The notes beneath the pieces are model-generated. The model ran no database searches. It saw nothing but the letters and a program-made list of their open reading frames with translations, and was not told the origin of the DNA. Shown piece after piece: positions 40,323 to 54,429 of a stretch of DNA of 64,000 bases. The stretch comes from Octopus sinensis (taxonomy: Eukaryota), in contig NC_043009.1 of the NCBI RefSeq assembly GCF_006345805.1, positions 26,598,001 through 26,662,000 on the forward strand, read 5' to 3'. Position numbers and translations under genes: made by a program. Every line of letters begins with the position of its first letter. The stretch's first letter is position 1.

Positions 40323-41107
40323 TTCTGCTGCAATATTAAAGCATCAGAACTGTGGCCAACAGGAAGAATACAGTGGAATATAAACACACTACCATAATAC
40401 GCCATAACTGTCCGTCTTTTTCAATCTGTATTCAAGGTGAATGTAATACAACCCAAATTGTGTGACTCACTCTGACTGTGGGGGAAAATCGAACGAGAGG
40501 TGAGTTCGTGCGTGTATTCATAGATGTTGCTCACAGGTTTACACATGCGAACCCGTGTGAGTGTATTTGTGTCAGGGTGGGGAAGAATTCTCTTGTGTAT
40601 GCTTGTACCAATCGAACTGGTCCTTCTCACAATTATAAGCGTTCAATAGAGCCATTATTATTATTATTCTTATTCTTATTCTTATTCTTCTTATTATTAT
40701 TATTATCATTATTAGGTGGTGGTGGAGGTGATGGAAGAAAAATAGATCATCAAACGAAAATATTTTCCCCTCCGAGAAAACAAAAACCCGAAAAACCCTC
40801 GACTGCCACCCCACCGCCACTCCAATTCCATCTTTTTAGTCCCCAGCCGGATGTCATCATAAGAAGCTGTTATGATGGAGATGATGTCCCATTAATAGCA
40901 GTCGTTCCTCTACCTGCATCTCACCCAGCCACCCCATCCCGAATTTAGAAACGCTGTCGTACAGCTAAACATGCTTTCTCCCTGCCCCCCCTTTCTCCCT
41001 CCTTCTCCCACGCCCCTTTGTCTATCAATCTATCATTCTCCCCTCTGCACACTCTCCCCTGACACACGCTAGTTTTCTTTGCACACACGCTAGCTCACCT
41101 GCAAGTA

Positions 41108-41154
<47 letters not shown>

Positions 41155-41589
41155 TTTGTGTACTCTTACACTTACTCTTTACTCTTTTACTTGTTTCAGT
41201 CATTTGACTGCGGCCATGCTGGTGCACCGCCTTTAGTCTAACAAATCGACCCCAGGACTTATTCTTTGTAAGCCTAGTACTTATTCTATCGGTCTCTTTC
41301 GCCGAACCGCCAAGTTACGGGGACATAAACACACCAGCATCGGTTGTCAAGCGATGTTGGGGGGACAAACACAGATACACAAGCATATACATACACACAT
41401 ACATATACATATTTATACATATACACGAGGGCTTCTTTCAGTTTCCGTCAACCAAATCCACTCACATGGCTTTGGTCGGCCCGAGGCTTTAGTAGAAGAC
41501 ACTTGCCCAAGCTGCCACGCAGTGGGACTGAACCCAGAACTATGTGGTTGGTAAGCAAGCTACTTACCACACATCCACTCATGCACCTA

Positions 41590-41638
<49 letters not shown>

Positions 41639-42249
41639 TGTATGTGTGTGTTATTCTGCACCCGTGGCGTATGTTTATACACACACACACGCTATGCATA
41701 TTATATATGAGCGTATAGGCATACATTTATTCATAATAGAGAGAGAAGTAGAAAGATATATGAAAGCCACGTGCCTTTGCCTCCTTAATAAACACATAAA
41801 GACACACGTCTCCAGGTAAACACATACCTATGTGAACACGCACCTCTTCATATAAACACGTGCGTCATTATGCAACTGCGCATGTTTACGTAAATATATT
41901 CCTCTGTGTACAAGTCTACGTGCTTCTGTGTACAGGAAATGTTATTGGGCACCCGTATAAATGTGTCTGTGTACTGAGTGCATATATCACAATATAAACC
42001 CGCATGTGCTTATATATAAACATATAAATCCGTTTGTACATATACATCCGTTTGTGTATCACAGTGTGGAATTGCATATTCGTAGCGGTTCAGCAAAAGA
42101 GATCGATAGGGACCGATAGTGCCAGGCTAAGAAGAAAAAAGTAATAAAGTACTGGGGTCGAATTAAAAATTCTTCAAGGTGGTGTCCCAGCATGACCACA
42201 GTCCAGTCACTGAATTAAATGAAAAGATTAAAGATGTCGTAGCATTATA

Positions 42250-43590
42250 CAATAATCCTTCGCCATTTCGCGGCTCATCTATCGCGGTTCACCTATCGCG
42301 GTTTATTATTTAAGCTTACGTCCATTCCTCCATGGTGTTGTTTTGCATTTATAATAAAATAAATACAATCATACCTCACCCTACGTCGTTAATTGGTTCC
42401 AGGAGACACGACTTAAGTCGAATTAACTTGTCCCTAGGCTAGGCCGAGTTTACTTGTCTCTAGGCTAAACCGATAATAACCATTCCCAGTTCTGTACTTT
42501 ATTTATGAATGCATTTTCAATAATAGGTTAATAAAATCCTATTTAAAGCTTACAAACAAATAATTTTTATTTTTTAATACAGTACAGTAAAAAACAAGTA
42601 ATCTAAATTTACGAATACAATTTGACGGTGTTTACCGTACATCGTACGCCTTATATATGAATGTGGTTTGTGATAAGACATGGTAAAATAAAAGCCTTTT
42701 TTAAGCTTAAAAAACAAATTCAGTAATTATTGTTATTTTTCAATAGTAAAAAAAGTTAAATTATTTAAAATTTACCAATACGTGCATACAATTTAGTGGT
42801 TTACATCGCGGATCTAGATGGCTGTGGATCGTCAACATCAATAGCTGACTCTAGCTGTTCTTGTTCGATACGCTTGAAAAACCGGTTGAGAGTTCCGTGA
42901 ACTGTCTTCTTTTTTTCCTCAAAGATTACATTATAAGGAGCAAAAGCTTCGTAACAAGCCACCATAATCTTGGAAAAGCATTGAGCATTTGGATCCATAT
43001 CCTTGAACATAGAGAGACCTTTTTCGATTTATGCAAATGTTTGCATTATTTTAATGGTAAAGTGACGTGGCTCAGGTTCGACTTCTTTATTTTGCTGCTC
43101 GTGAAGCTCTATCGAATCCCCGTTTGTCAGGGGCTGCTTGTCTTTTTCAAATAAATCTGTGAAATCCTCCTCTTCCAAATCCATTTCCAGTTCTTTGCTC
43201 GTAGTCACCAACGTTTTGTTGACGACAACATTATCAAACTCCTTAAAATCATTCACGAATTGCGGGCAAAGCTTCTTCCATACACCATTTATAGCCGTGC
43301 TCTGTACATCATTCCATGCCGCTACTATGTTCTGTACAACCTTGTACAAGTTGCAGCTATTACTTGCAACAGCGTTCGCTTCATATAGTAACGCTTGAAG
43401 ATATCAATTTTTCTCGGATCCATTGGCTGCAGAAAAGAAGTGATGTTTGGAGAGAGGTATACGACGGTATGGTTGGAGTCAAAATCGATGATGTTTTGCA
43501 GGTGGCCAGGAGCATTATCTAAGATAAGTAAAACCTTAAAAGGAATCCCCTCCTCCTTACAGTACTTCTCTGATGCTGGTATAAAATTAT
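42250..43590 (-). mobile_element. Tigger/pogo DNA transposon 3' portion with a decayed DDE transposase
   Basis: Minus-strand peptides PFKVLLILDNAPGH, LSPNITSFLQPMD, AAWNDV…NGVWKKLCPQFVNDF, typical of the TIGD/Tigger DDE domain. Degenerate TIR TA|CAATAATCCTTCG at 42248-42262. Truncated at the SINE at 43601. Confidence 0.9.
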
Positions 43591-43947
43591 TATATAGGCG
43601 CAGGAGTGACTGTGTGGGAAGAAGCTTGCTTCCCAACCACATGGTTCCGGGTTCAGTCCTACTGCGTTGCACCTTGGGCAAGTGTCTTCTACTATAGCCT
43701 CAAGCCGACCAAAGCCTTGTGAGTGAATTTGGTAGACGGAAACTGAAAGAGGCCCGTCTTGTGTGTGTGTGTGTGTGTGTGTGTCCACATCATCGCTTGA
43801 TGTGTTTACGTCCCAGTAAGTTGGTGGTTCTGCAAAGAGAGACCGATAGAATAAGTACTATGCTTACAAAGAATAAGTCCTGGGGTCGATTTGTACCACC
43901 AAAAAAGGCGGTGTTCCAGCATGGCCGCAGTCAAATGATTGAAACAA

Positions 43948-44007
<60 letters not shown>

Positions 44008-44073
44008 GTTAAATTCTTCTATTTACATAATATCGAGGTCACTTTCATTCTTTTGTTGTCTTACCATTTTTAT

Positions 44074-44133
<60 letters not shown>

Positions 44134-44551
44134 TCACGCCCACCAGATGTGCATTCATGGACATACAAATGGATGGGTGGGCGGACAGGGAGATGGATAG
44201 ATATACATGCATACACACACACACACAACACACACACACACACATTTGTATTTATACACGCATAGATAATGCAACCATATAAAAACACGAGTAAGCGTAT
44301 TGCATAAAACAAAAGCAATGACCGTTCTATGGAAGCACATACACATTTTCCTGTATAGATACATGTAGACGTACACTCACGCATATACGCCTGCTTCTGT
44401 TCAAACGCAAATCGGTTACGTTGAACTATGCATGATGACTGTACAAGCAGCGCTCACACGTACACACACACACACATACCACTCATGATGTGACTGCACA
44501 GACACACTTGCACATACATACATACATACATACATACATACATGTACAATG

Positions 44552-45151
44552 GAATTGCATGGAAAACGTGTACGCTTTTACAATCAGTTAGATGTGTACA
44601 CACATACGTATGCACTCGTAAAAATGTGTGTATTTCCGGGGAGAGATGCTCGTTACTTGTGGTCTGATACGCACGCAAGAAAAATATGGACTCGTATTTA
44701 AATGCATGCTATGCATCCACGCACCGTGCACGTGAGCCGTGCGTATATGTAACTTTGTAGCCATAGAAGTCGCACTTTGCACGCATACATGTATACACAC
44801 ACACAACCACAAAGGAATTTGTGCATGGACACATTCACATACCCCAAAATACACGTACAAAAGCCACCCGCACGCATCCGCGTACACACGCACACAAGCA
44901 CAATTGTAAATATACACGCACATCTTCGCACACACGCACACATATGCATATGCGCGCACACACACGTACGGTGCGTCAATGAGTGCTTGGATGCATAGCA
45001 TGCACTTAAATACAAGCCCACATTTTTCTTGCATGTGCATCAGTCTACACGTAAGGAGGATCTCTCTCCGGAAATACATTGTTACGAGTGCATATGTATG
45101 TGTGAACACATCTAACTGATTGTAAAAGCGTACACGTTTTCCATGCAATTC
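44552..45151. repeat. Long inverted repeat (arms 44552-44734 and 44963-45151)
   Basis: GAATTGCATGGAAAACGTGTACGCTTTTACAATCAGTTAGATGTG… is inverted at 45107-45151, and similarity continues inward. Confidence 0.88.
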
Positions 45152-45243
45152 TGTTGTGTATGTATATAAGCACGTACATATATATATTTATATATATTAG
45201 CCACTACACACATTTTTTTCTCTCCTTGTTTTATTCTGTGTCC

Positions 45244-45279
45244 CTTTCTGTAGAAGAGCGTAGGCTCGAAACGTAAAAG
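45244..45279 (+). ncRNA. Minimal type I hammerhead-ribozyme-like motif (variant) in a TA-flanked Penelope-like repeat (45196-45368)
   Basis: CUUU-CUGUAGA-A-GAGC(GUAG)GCUC-GAAAC-GUA-AAAG: stem I, stem II and a palindromic ACGU stem III. A6 is U and there is an extra A after A9. Confidence 0.5.
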
Positions 45280-45368
45280 ACTTTTTCTATTCCTGAACGT
45301 TATACTAATACGTCTGTTTGTTTTGTACACCAGCTGCCTTCGTCTTTTGTTTTTTTTTCGTAAACCTT

Positions 45369-45417
<49 letters not shown>

Positions 45418-46149
45418 ATATTATATATATATATATAATATATATATATTATATATATATATGCGCAATGGCACAATTGTTCGGGCAGCAGACTCGCGGT
45501 CCGATTCCCAGGATCGCGGTTTCGATTCCCAGACCGGGTGTTGTGAGTGTTTATTGAGCTGAAACACTTAAAACTCCACGATACTCCGGGAGGGGTAAAG
45601 GCGATCCCTGTTGTACTCTTTCACCACAACTTTCTGTTCTACCTGTATTTCAAATGGCCCATCTTGTCACACCCTCGTCGTCGTCAGAGTGCCCCGCGAT
45701 ATGTGTGTGTGTGTTGAATGGCACGACAATGCAGAGTGGACTATAATAACTGTTATAATTTAATTACTCATAAGATTTCGGAATATAAAAATTCCTTCTT
45801 CAGATATTGCTAGGAATAAAGCACAAGCACCCAGTTACACACACAAACACACACACCTAGTCACACGCGCATACACATTGGTAGACAGACAGACAGGCAC
45901 ACTGGTAGATAGAGAGGTAGACAGATAGATTGATTGATAGATTGATAGGTAGATAAGCAAACACAGACAGACAGGTAGGTAGGTAGTTAGGTAGGTAGGT
46001 AGGTAGGTAAGTAGATAGATATTTAGATAGACAGATAGATAGGTATGTAGACAGGCAGGAAGAGACAGATAAACAGGCAGACAGACAAATAGACAGACAG
46101 ATAGGTAACAGATAGGTAGGTGGAATGATAGGTGGACAAACAGATAGCT

Positions 46150-46196
<47 letters not shown>

Positions 46197-47094
46197 TTCA
46201 TAGATCCTTACATGTGCTTACGTACATATAATCTTACACATGTACACATACCTGCTTTTACCTTTATACGTATACACACTCGTGCTCATACTCATATATA
46301 CACATACATACACTTACACATTTTTCTATACGTACGCATATACTCACACACTTTCATGTCAATATATACATGCACACACACATGCATTCTCACACGTTTA
46401 GTACGTATATACCCACACGCATGCACATATACATATACACAATCATTCACACAAACATATGCACAGTAATACACGTTCAAACACACTGGCACACACGTAC
46501 AGGACAGACACACACACCAACACACACACACACACACACACACACGTACACGAACTCGACAGACACATTCATACAACACACACACATATGCGCGCGCACG
46601 CACACACACACACAGATACACCAATGCGCACACACATACACACACACACATGCCAAGACATGCGCACACGACGACACACCACCAGCACACACTTAAATTC
46701 TATGCTACATCCGTCTCCAAAGCAATACCGCAATGGCTACATATCAAAGAGACCCTCGTCTACCTACAAACCTACTTAGCTATGTGCACGACTGCAAGTC
46801 TACTGCACAAAAGCCAACGTCTAATAGTGGCTGTTTTAAAGAACTGCACTTTGGACTGAGTAAAAGGGAGGAGGAGGAAGGCGAGACGAGGGTCGGAGGT
46901 GGAGGTATATAAATGTAGGCCGCGCGTCTCTTCCGTTTATGGTTCAAAAGAAAGTAATGTTGAGAGTGAGGTGTACTTTATGATGGCGAATTTTCTTCAA
47001 GTGCAGCGGGAGTGAGTTGTATACCTGTGAGCGCTGGGATAGATATATAGATAGATAGTGACGTTAGATCATATAATAATATAAATAATATGAG

Positions 47095-47549
47095 TATATG
47101 CATATATACAAACATATATGTACATACCTACATATATATGTATATATACGTGCATATATGGATGCTGGACATCAAAAAAACGTAGACAAAATGAGAAACG
47201 AGAACATGAAAAACATAAAAAACGAACTTTTTTTCGAACAACGAAAGAAAGAAACAAACAGGGAAACGAGACATAGAAACATAAAGAACATTCCCTTCAT
47301 CAGTTATTCCCGGAGTAGATAAAACAGGGGACAACGGATGAAGGGAATGTTCTTTGTGTTTCTATGTCTCATTCCTCTATTTTATTTTTTTCGTTGATCG
47401 AAAAAAAGTTCGTTTTCCATGCTTTTGTTTTTATGTTCTCGTTTCTCATTTTGTCTACGTTTTTTGATGTCCTGTACCCATATATGCAAGTATATATACA
47501 TATAAACGTCGGTATGTACATATATGTATGTATATATGCATATATTTAT
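47095..47549. repeat. Foldback element (arms ~47095-47305 and ~47333-47549, 27-nt loop) in (TA)n
   Basis: AAGAACATTCCCTTCATCAGTT pairs with AACGGATGAAGGGAATGTTCTT, and complementarity continues outward. Confidence 0.88.
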
Positions 47550-47592
47550 ATATTGTTAATATATATGTACATACATATATATACATACACAC

Positions 47593-47676
<84 letters not shown>

Positions 47677-47752
47677 ATATATATATATATATATATATAC
47701 ATACGCACACACACACATATATATACATACATATATATACATATATATATAT

Positions 47753-47787
<35 letters not shown>

Positions 47788-48477
47788 CATTCACACACAC
47801 ACACATATATATGTGTGTGTGTGTGTGTATGTATATTGTTGTGTCTGGGGAGTGTCATTCTCTTTCATAAATAAAACATCCCCAGTATTAAATAGGAAAT
47901 ATACGTAGTTGGTAATCATACCCCGTTACCCACAGTTTATATTTGTAATTAGGTAGAATAGTTAGTAGGCTGTTATGTAGATGTATGTGTGTGTGTGTGT
48001 GCGTGCGTGTGTGTGTATGCGTATATTTATATGCACATGTACGTAGGCAAATGGATATGAATGTAATAAGACAGACATACAGACAGATAGGTACATAGGT
48101 AATATGAACAGACAAGCACACACATACATGCATACATACATACATACATACATACATACATACCTGCATACATGTGTATGCACACACACTCGCTGACCCA
48201 CACACATGCGCACAAACAAACAAAAAGAACGCAGCTCGGATAACGGACAGAGTCAGCGACTATTGAAAAGGTTGCAAGACACAACGAACATTTCAGGAAA
48301 ACTAAGCAAGTAAATGAGTGGAAACTTTACCAGTGATTGCGATAATTACTAAGGCACTAAAAGAGAATGACTCTCCCCAGACGCAACAAAATATGCTTCA
48401 ACACACGAACTCACATAAAGAATCTTGCAAACCAAATCCAAAAACGAAGTGTATGTATGCACACACACACACACACA

Positions 48478-48517
<40 letters not shown>

Positions 48518-48889
48518 TATCATATCAGAGCAATTACCCCCAGGACAATTCCCCCGGATCAAAATTTGATGCAGGTCCTCTGCTCAACTTTCTTTATCAT
48601 GGTCAATGCGACGATCACACGCTACACATCTTCTTCTTCCTAAGAACTGCTTTAAACAGCAGAAGTGAGCTAGAACGTTAAAACGTAGTGCGCATGCACA
48701 GCAGAGTGCAAGGTCAATCTCGTATTTTATTCTTAAAGAATTATATATATATATATAATTTTCTGTGTGAGTTAGAGGTTGAGAAACCAACTAAGGGATA
48801 GTACCTATCCAATATACTGTTGGTAGAGTACCCAATTATTCATACCCAAGTGTTAGTTATTGCGTGGCAATCTCGCAGTTGAGTGTTAT

Positions 48890-48927
<38 letters not shown>

Positions 48928-49414
48928 CCGAAAGACAGACGGAGGAGTACATACATACATATATATGAGAGAGAAGAGATGTGTGTGTGTCTTTTAGTGG
49001 CTATAGTTACAAACTAACCCAATAAATGTCCATAGGAGGTCGATCACCTCTTCAGCAGCGTCGATACGGTTGACCGCATATTTAGATTAAACCAATTAAG
49101 CCAGGTGTCTACCCATTAGAAATCGTTATTCATAATCAGCTTTCTACCTTTCATCGTTCTTGGATCGATAAAATAGGACCCACTCAAGAGAACCTGACTC
49201 TGTTTAATCACCAGTGTACCTTTCTCCAAAAACAAAAATGAAAACCTATTATGGCATTGTTCCAATCCTTAAAAATCGTTATTTATGAACTGGCAAGCAG
49301 TGAACGCTGATTGGCTGTTTAACGGTTCGTAAAATGATTTTATTCGCAACGTACTTGACAAAAATAAAAATATTTTGGCGCCTTTTTTTGCATGAGATCT
49401 AGAAATATACAGTA

Positions 49415-49496
49415 CAGTACCGTTTCTACTTCGCGGATTTTCACCTATCGCGGGGGATTTTGGGAATTTAACACCCGCGATATTCGAGGCTTACTG
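49415..49496. mobile_element. 82-bp Tigger-type mini-MITE
   Basis: TA|CAGTA…TACTG|TA ends. The internal CACCTATCGCGG motif is shared with the Tigger end at 42250. Confidence 0.7.
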
Positions 49497-49869
49497 TATT
49501 TTAAAAAAAAGTATTTATATATTTTAGCTATATTTTTTTTAGCTTTGACTTGTTTCAGTCATTTGACTGCGGCCATGGTGGGGCACTCTCTTGAAGCCTT
49601 TAGCTGAACAAATCGACTCTAGTATTCATTTCTTTTGTTTTTTGTTTTAAAAATCTGGTTTGGAACGATAAGTTATGGAGACGTAAACAAACCAACACCG
49701 GTTGTCAAGTGGTGGGAGTGACAAGCACAAAGACCCAAACATATATATATATATATATAACGGGCTTCTTCACAGTTGCCATCTACTAAAATTCACTCAC
49801 AACGCATTGGTGGGCCCGGGACTATACTAGAAGACTTTTACTAGGAGGCGATTCAACCAGCTCGCCGCC

Positions 49870-49905
<36 letters not shown>

Positions 49906-50113
49906 GTTTCAAATTTTGTCACAAGGGTAGCCATTTTGGAGGAGGGTATGAATCGCTTACATCAACCCTAGTATTTCACTGGTATTTAATCTACCGACCC
50001 CAAAAGGATGAAAGGCGAAGTCAACCTCGGTGGAATTTGAACTCAGAACGTAACGGCAGACGAAATATCGCTAAGTATTTTCCCAGCTTGCTAACGATTC
50101 TTCCAGCTCGACA

Positions 50114-50145
<32 letters not shown>

Positions 50146-50582
50146 CAACAACACTTTTTTCTATAGAACTTTATCTGAGACATGGAATCCATTTCAAGAG
50201 TTCTCCGAAAGCATGTCGCGAAACAGCTGCGCAGTCTTAATATGGGGATGGCATACTAAACAATGCGGTCCATGCTGTCTGAGACTAAAACGGGATGGTC
50301 ACAACATTGAAGGCCTTTGATGATAGTTCTACTCAGTCAAGACATCCCTAAGATTTAACAAAAATTAGTATGGATATTAATTATTCTATGTAAATTAGAC
50401 TATGTGTGGAGATTGACCATAAACCATTTCCGGTACTTTTTTGTACCCTGTGATATCGCCTGTTTCTTGAACACACTTATTGCTTCTTCACATTTTTCTT
50501 TAATATTGTTTAATATTGTTTACTTTGCCCTTCGATGTCTTGGGCCCTTGTGGCCAATAAAATAAATCACGATTGTTATTGG

Positions 50583-50795
50583 GGCGGCGAGCTGGCAGAA
50601 TCGTTAGCACGCCAGGCGAAATGCTTAGTGGTATTTCACCTGTCGCAACGTTGTGAGTTCAAATTCCGCCGAGGTCGACTTTGCCTTTCATCCTTTCGGG
50701 GTCGATTAAATAAGTACCAGTTATGCACTAGGGTCGATGTAATCGATTAGTCCCCTCCCCACAAATTTGAGGCTGTGTGCCTCCACTAGAAAGGA
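50583..50795 (+). mobile_element. Family 1 SINE (further copies at 49850-50112(-) and 56320-56510(+))
   Basis: Head, B box, core and short tail followed by (TTA)n. Confidence 0.9.
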
Positions 50796-51344
50796 TTATT
50801 ATTATTATTATTATTGTTATCAATGAATTTTATCATTGAACCTCGGAATATTTTCGTTACACTTCTGTTACCTTCTCAAGTAGTGAAATTGAATTTTTTT
50901 TATTTTATTTTATTTATTTATTTATTTTTTTGCAAGAGTTTCACGGTCCCTTGTGTATGAGTATGTGTGTTATTATAATCAGCTACACCCGTGAAACGGA
51001 CGGAGGAGCTCACTATAGAGGGCTCTTACTTTCAACTTAAAGTCTACATAGTTGTGTTATTGAATCATCATTTGCACTATGCTCTTCCCACTTCTTAACC
51101 AGGAACATCCCGTGCATATATAGAATTTCTTTTTTTTCCCTACGCCCGGCCACATCCTCGGTGATGTTTCCTGCGGTCATTAGGTGTTTCAGATCTTTCG
51201 ACAACCAAAATTGGTGAAGCTTCCAACTTACATCCAGTTAACACCACACCGAATAACACAGACCCGTCTAGAGTTCGTACCTTTTGATCCACAGCCACAC
51301 ACACACACAGATATATATATATATATATTATATATATAATATAT

Positions 51345-51379
<35 letters not shown>

Positions 51380-51754
51380 GGAGAGAGAGAGAGAGAGATG
51401 TTAGGGTTACAACGAGGTAGTTCTATTATATGAGTGCGTCTGTTCGTATATGTTCTCGCAATTGAAGAAGGCGAAGCATCCTCCTTTATTTCCTCTTCCT
51501 CCTCCTTCGCCTCCTTGTCATCATCATCATCATCATCATCATCATTATAAACAGATGTAACATGATGATTGTGTTAATATCTTAATTTGCCATAATTGCA
51601 AACGGAGAAGGAGAATAAGGAGGAGCAGAGAGAAAAGGTACAAAAACAAAATTGAGAAATAAAACCATAAAAAAAGCACCAAAACACTTCACTACTACAC
51701 ACACACACACACACACAATTTGCTTCCTTCCTTCCTCCTCCTCGCTACTGAAAT

Positions 51755-51844
51755 ATGGCGAAGCAGTTGAAGTTGTGGAACTCTGGAGGTTGTGAGGTTT
51801 GGAAAATGGAAGTCAACGCAATTAAGTTCAATAGAAAACCAAAG
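51755..51844 (+). CDS. Candidate first coding exon of gene B (MAKQLKLWNSGGCEVWKMEVNAIKFNRKPK)
   Basis: ATG in AAATATGGCG (good Kozak context, YY1-like). Donor aag|gtattg, phase 0, matching the exon at 54817. Confidence 0.4.
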
Positions 51845-52099
51845 GTATTGTTAATCGATGGAAAAGTTCCATAGAATATGTCACGAAGTTACCTCTTTAA
51901 TCGATACTATTCTGGGAGTGACAACAAGGAAAATCTTGCTATTTGTATATACGTCTGTGTGTGTGTGTGTGTGTATAATACATATATATATGTGTGTGTG
52001 TATGTGTGTGTGTATGTGTATGTGTATAATATATATGTGTGTGAGTGTATATAATATATATGTGTGTGTGCTTGTATATATATGTGTGTGTGTAGGTAT

Positions 52100-52157
<58 letters not shown>

Positions 52158-52779
52158 TGTGTCTATACATACATATGTGTGTTGCAGATTTGTATCTATA
52201 ATTCTATACGTTTGTGTATACACACACACACACACACACACGCACACACACACACATATGTATGTATGGCAATATATAGTATGTTTGTATCTCCCACTCC
52301 CCTTTCCCTCCTCTTTCTCGCTTATATATACATGTATTTATAGTTCTGTTTTTGTGCCTCTATGTATATTTGTATCTTCGTATATATAGATGTGTGTGTG
52401 TGTGTGTGTGTATTTATGCATGTAGGTATATATGCAGATAGGTACGTATGCAGGCAGGTAGGCAGCTTGGTATGTACGTTTGTATGCATAAACGTATGGT
52501 TGAGCGTATGTATTGGTATGTATATGTAGTATAATGTTCTATATATTCGGAAACGAGTTGATGAGTGTAAAGGTGGCGGTAGTAGTTGTAGTGGTGGTTG
52601 TGGTAGTGGTGATAGTGGTAGTAGTATTATCTGTTGTGGTGTATCGTTATTGATTTCTGTCTCGTTTTACTTCCCTTTAATTTAAAAGAATGAAATCATT
52701 TAGTGCATTAAGTGTGTGTTGGTAATTGGAGCATTGAATCTGTTTGAGTGAGATGTATGTACACACACACACATGTATG

Positions 52780-52808
<29 letters not shown>

Positions 52809-52810
<2 letters not shown>

Positions 52811-53737
52811 ACATTATATATAAGGGCTTAGTAAAATAAATTACTTTGCCACATACTGAACTCATTAGAAATAGCAGCTAAAGAAATTTCTTTAGCTATT
52901 TCTAATACTTAAAGAAGATATCTCTCAGATAGTGTTTGCTCAAACCAACTCACAAAGGTATGGGGGAAAAAAACATTAAAAAATCAAGTGCAAAGGTATT
53001 TGAGAACGTACGTTCTAGATTAGTCAAATCGACATTTCTTTCGTCAGCTCAGAACTCCTTGATTCGGATTTGGGAACACTGAAAGTGGGAGCATACCCTT
53101 TTGGCTTCTTATCACCTCTAGAATTCCGCTCGAACTAAAAGTGCTATCAAATTCAAAATATGCAAGCGAAGAATTTCTGCTCTCCCCTTTCCACCAGCGT
53201 GGGTTAAAATTGACAAACACTATGTTTTATCGGCGAAAACCGAAGCATTAAACAGAGAGAAATGAATTATAATTTCAACAATTGAGGGTAAAATTAATTA
53301 ATTATTAATCAATTTCACCAAGTATTCAGTATGTAAAGGGACCATTTTAGGCGAATTCAAAATATTACATTATATATAAGGGCTTAGTAAAAGTTCTGAG
53401 CTGACGAAAGAAATGTCGATTTGACTAATCTAGAAACGTACGTTCTCAAATAACCTTTGCACTTGATTTTTTAATGTTTTTTCCCCCATACCTTTGTGAG
53501 TTGGTTTGAGCAAACACTATCTGAGAGAGATCTTCTTTAAGTATTAGAAATAGCTAAAGAAATTTCTTTAGCTGCTATTTCTAATGAGTTCAGTATGTGG
53601 CAAAGTAATTTATTTTACTAAGCCCTTATATATAATGTAATATTTTGAATTCGCCTAAAATGGTCCCTTTACATACTGAATACTTGGTGAAATTGATTAA
53701 TAATTAATTAATTTTACCCTCAATTGTTGAAATTATA
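52809..53737. mobile_element. Penelope-like terminal-repeat rearrangement (direct plus inverted copies) in (TA)n
   Basis: 52809-53056 is inverted at 53392-53640. 53268-53392 is inverted at ~53614-53737. Contains a hammerhead-like motif. Confidence 0.8.
53397..53448 (+). ncRNA. Hammerhead-ribozyme-like motif
   Basis: UGAG-CUGACGA-[imperfect stem II]-GAAA-CGUACG-UU-CUCA: intact core, stem I UGAG/CUCA, palindromic stem III ACGUACGU. Stem II closes with an A-A mismatch. The inverted copy near 53000-53051 lacks one A of GAAA. Confidence 0.55.
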
Positions 53738-53756
53738 TATATATATATATATATAT

Positions 53757-53797
<41 letters not shown>

Positions 53798-54096
53798 CGT
53801 GTGTGTGTGTGTGTATGTATGCTTAGATACATATGTGTAAGTAGATAGATAGATAAATAGATATAGTTATAGATACGTATGTATGTATGTATGTATGTAT
53901 GTATGTATGTATGTATGTATGTATGTATGTATGTGCCCGCGTATATATATATATATATATATATGTAAACAGTAAAAAATAAATACAAACATGGACAAGA
54001 ACATGAAACACCAAGGAGACGACACAAGAACCACAGGATGGACATTCGAAGCCCTCAGTCATCAGTCAAGAACCAGATCATCTTCGCGCAATTTCG

Positions 54097-54166
<70 letters not shown>

Positions 54167-54429
54167 TCACACAAAATGCATGTATTCATATAAACATAAG
54201 GGGCGACAATTTTTTATGAGGTGGTGCTCCAGCATGTACGCAGTTCGTCGACTAAAATCACTCAAACAATAAAATCACACACACACACATACTTACGCAC
54301 ATCTATATGTGTTACTGGTTGGATCTAGGATCTAGAGGAAGGAGCAGTGCCTGTGGCCGTTGCAGACCTTCCTTAACCAGTGGGGTCGGTGCCATTAGCG
54401 TTCCTCTTGGACCTTTGTGTGGTCAACAC

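Noticed and set aside
40437-40500. 63-nt exon-like segment with a gtgagt donor
   Set aside because: All three frames contain stops, so at most it is non-coding.
42250-49498. A single 7-kb Tigger element ending at the TIR at 49496
   Set aside because: 49415-49496 has its own two TIRs, and no transposase N-terminus is visible between 43600 and 49400.
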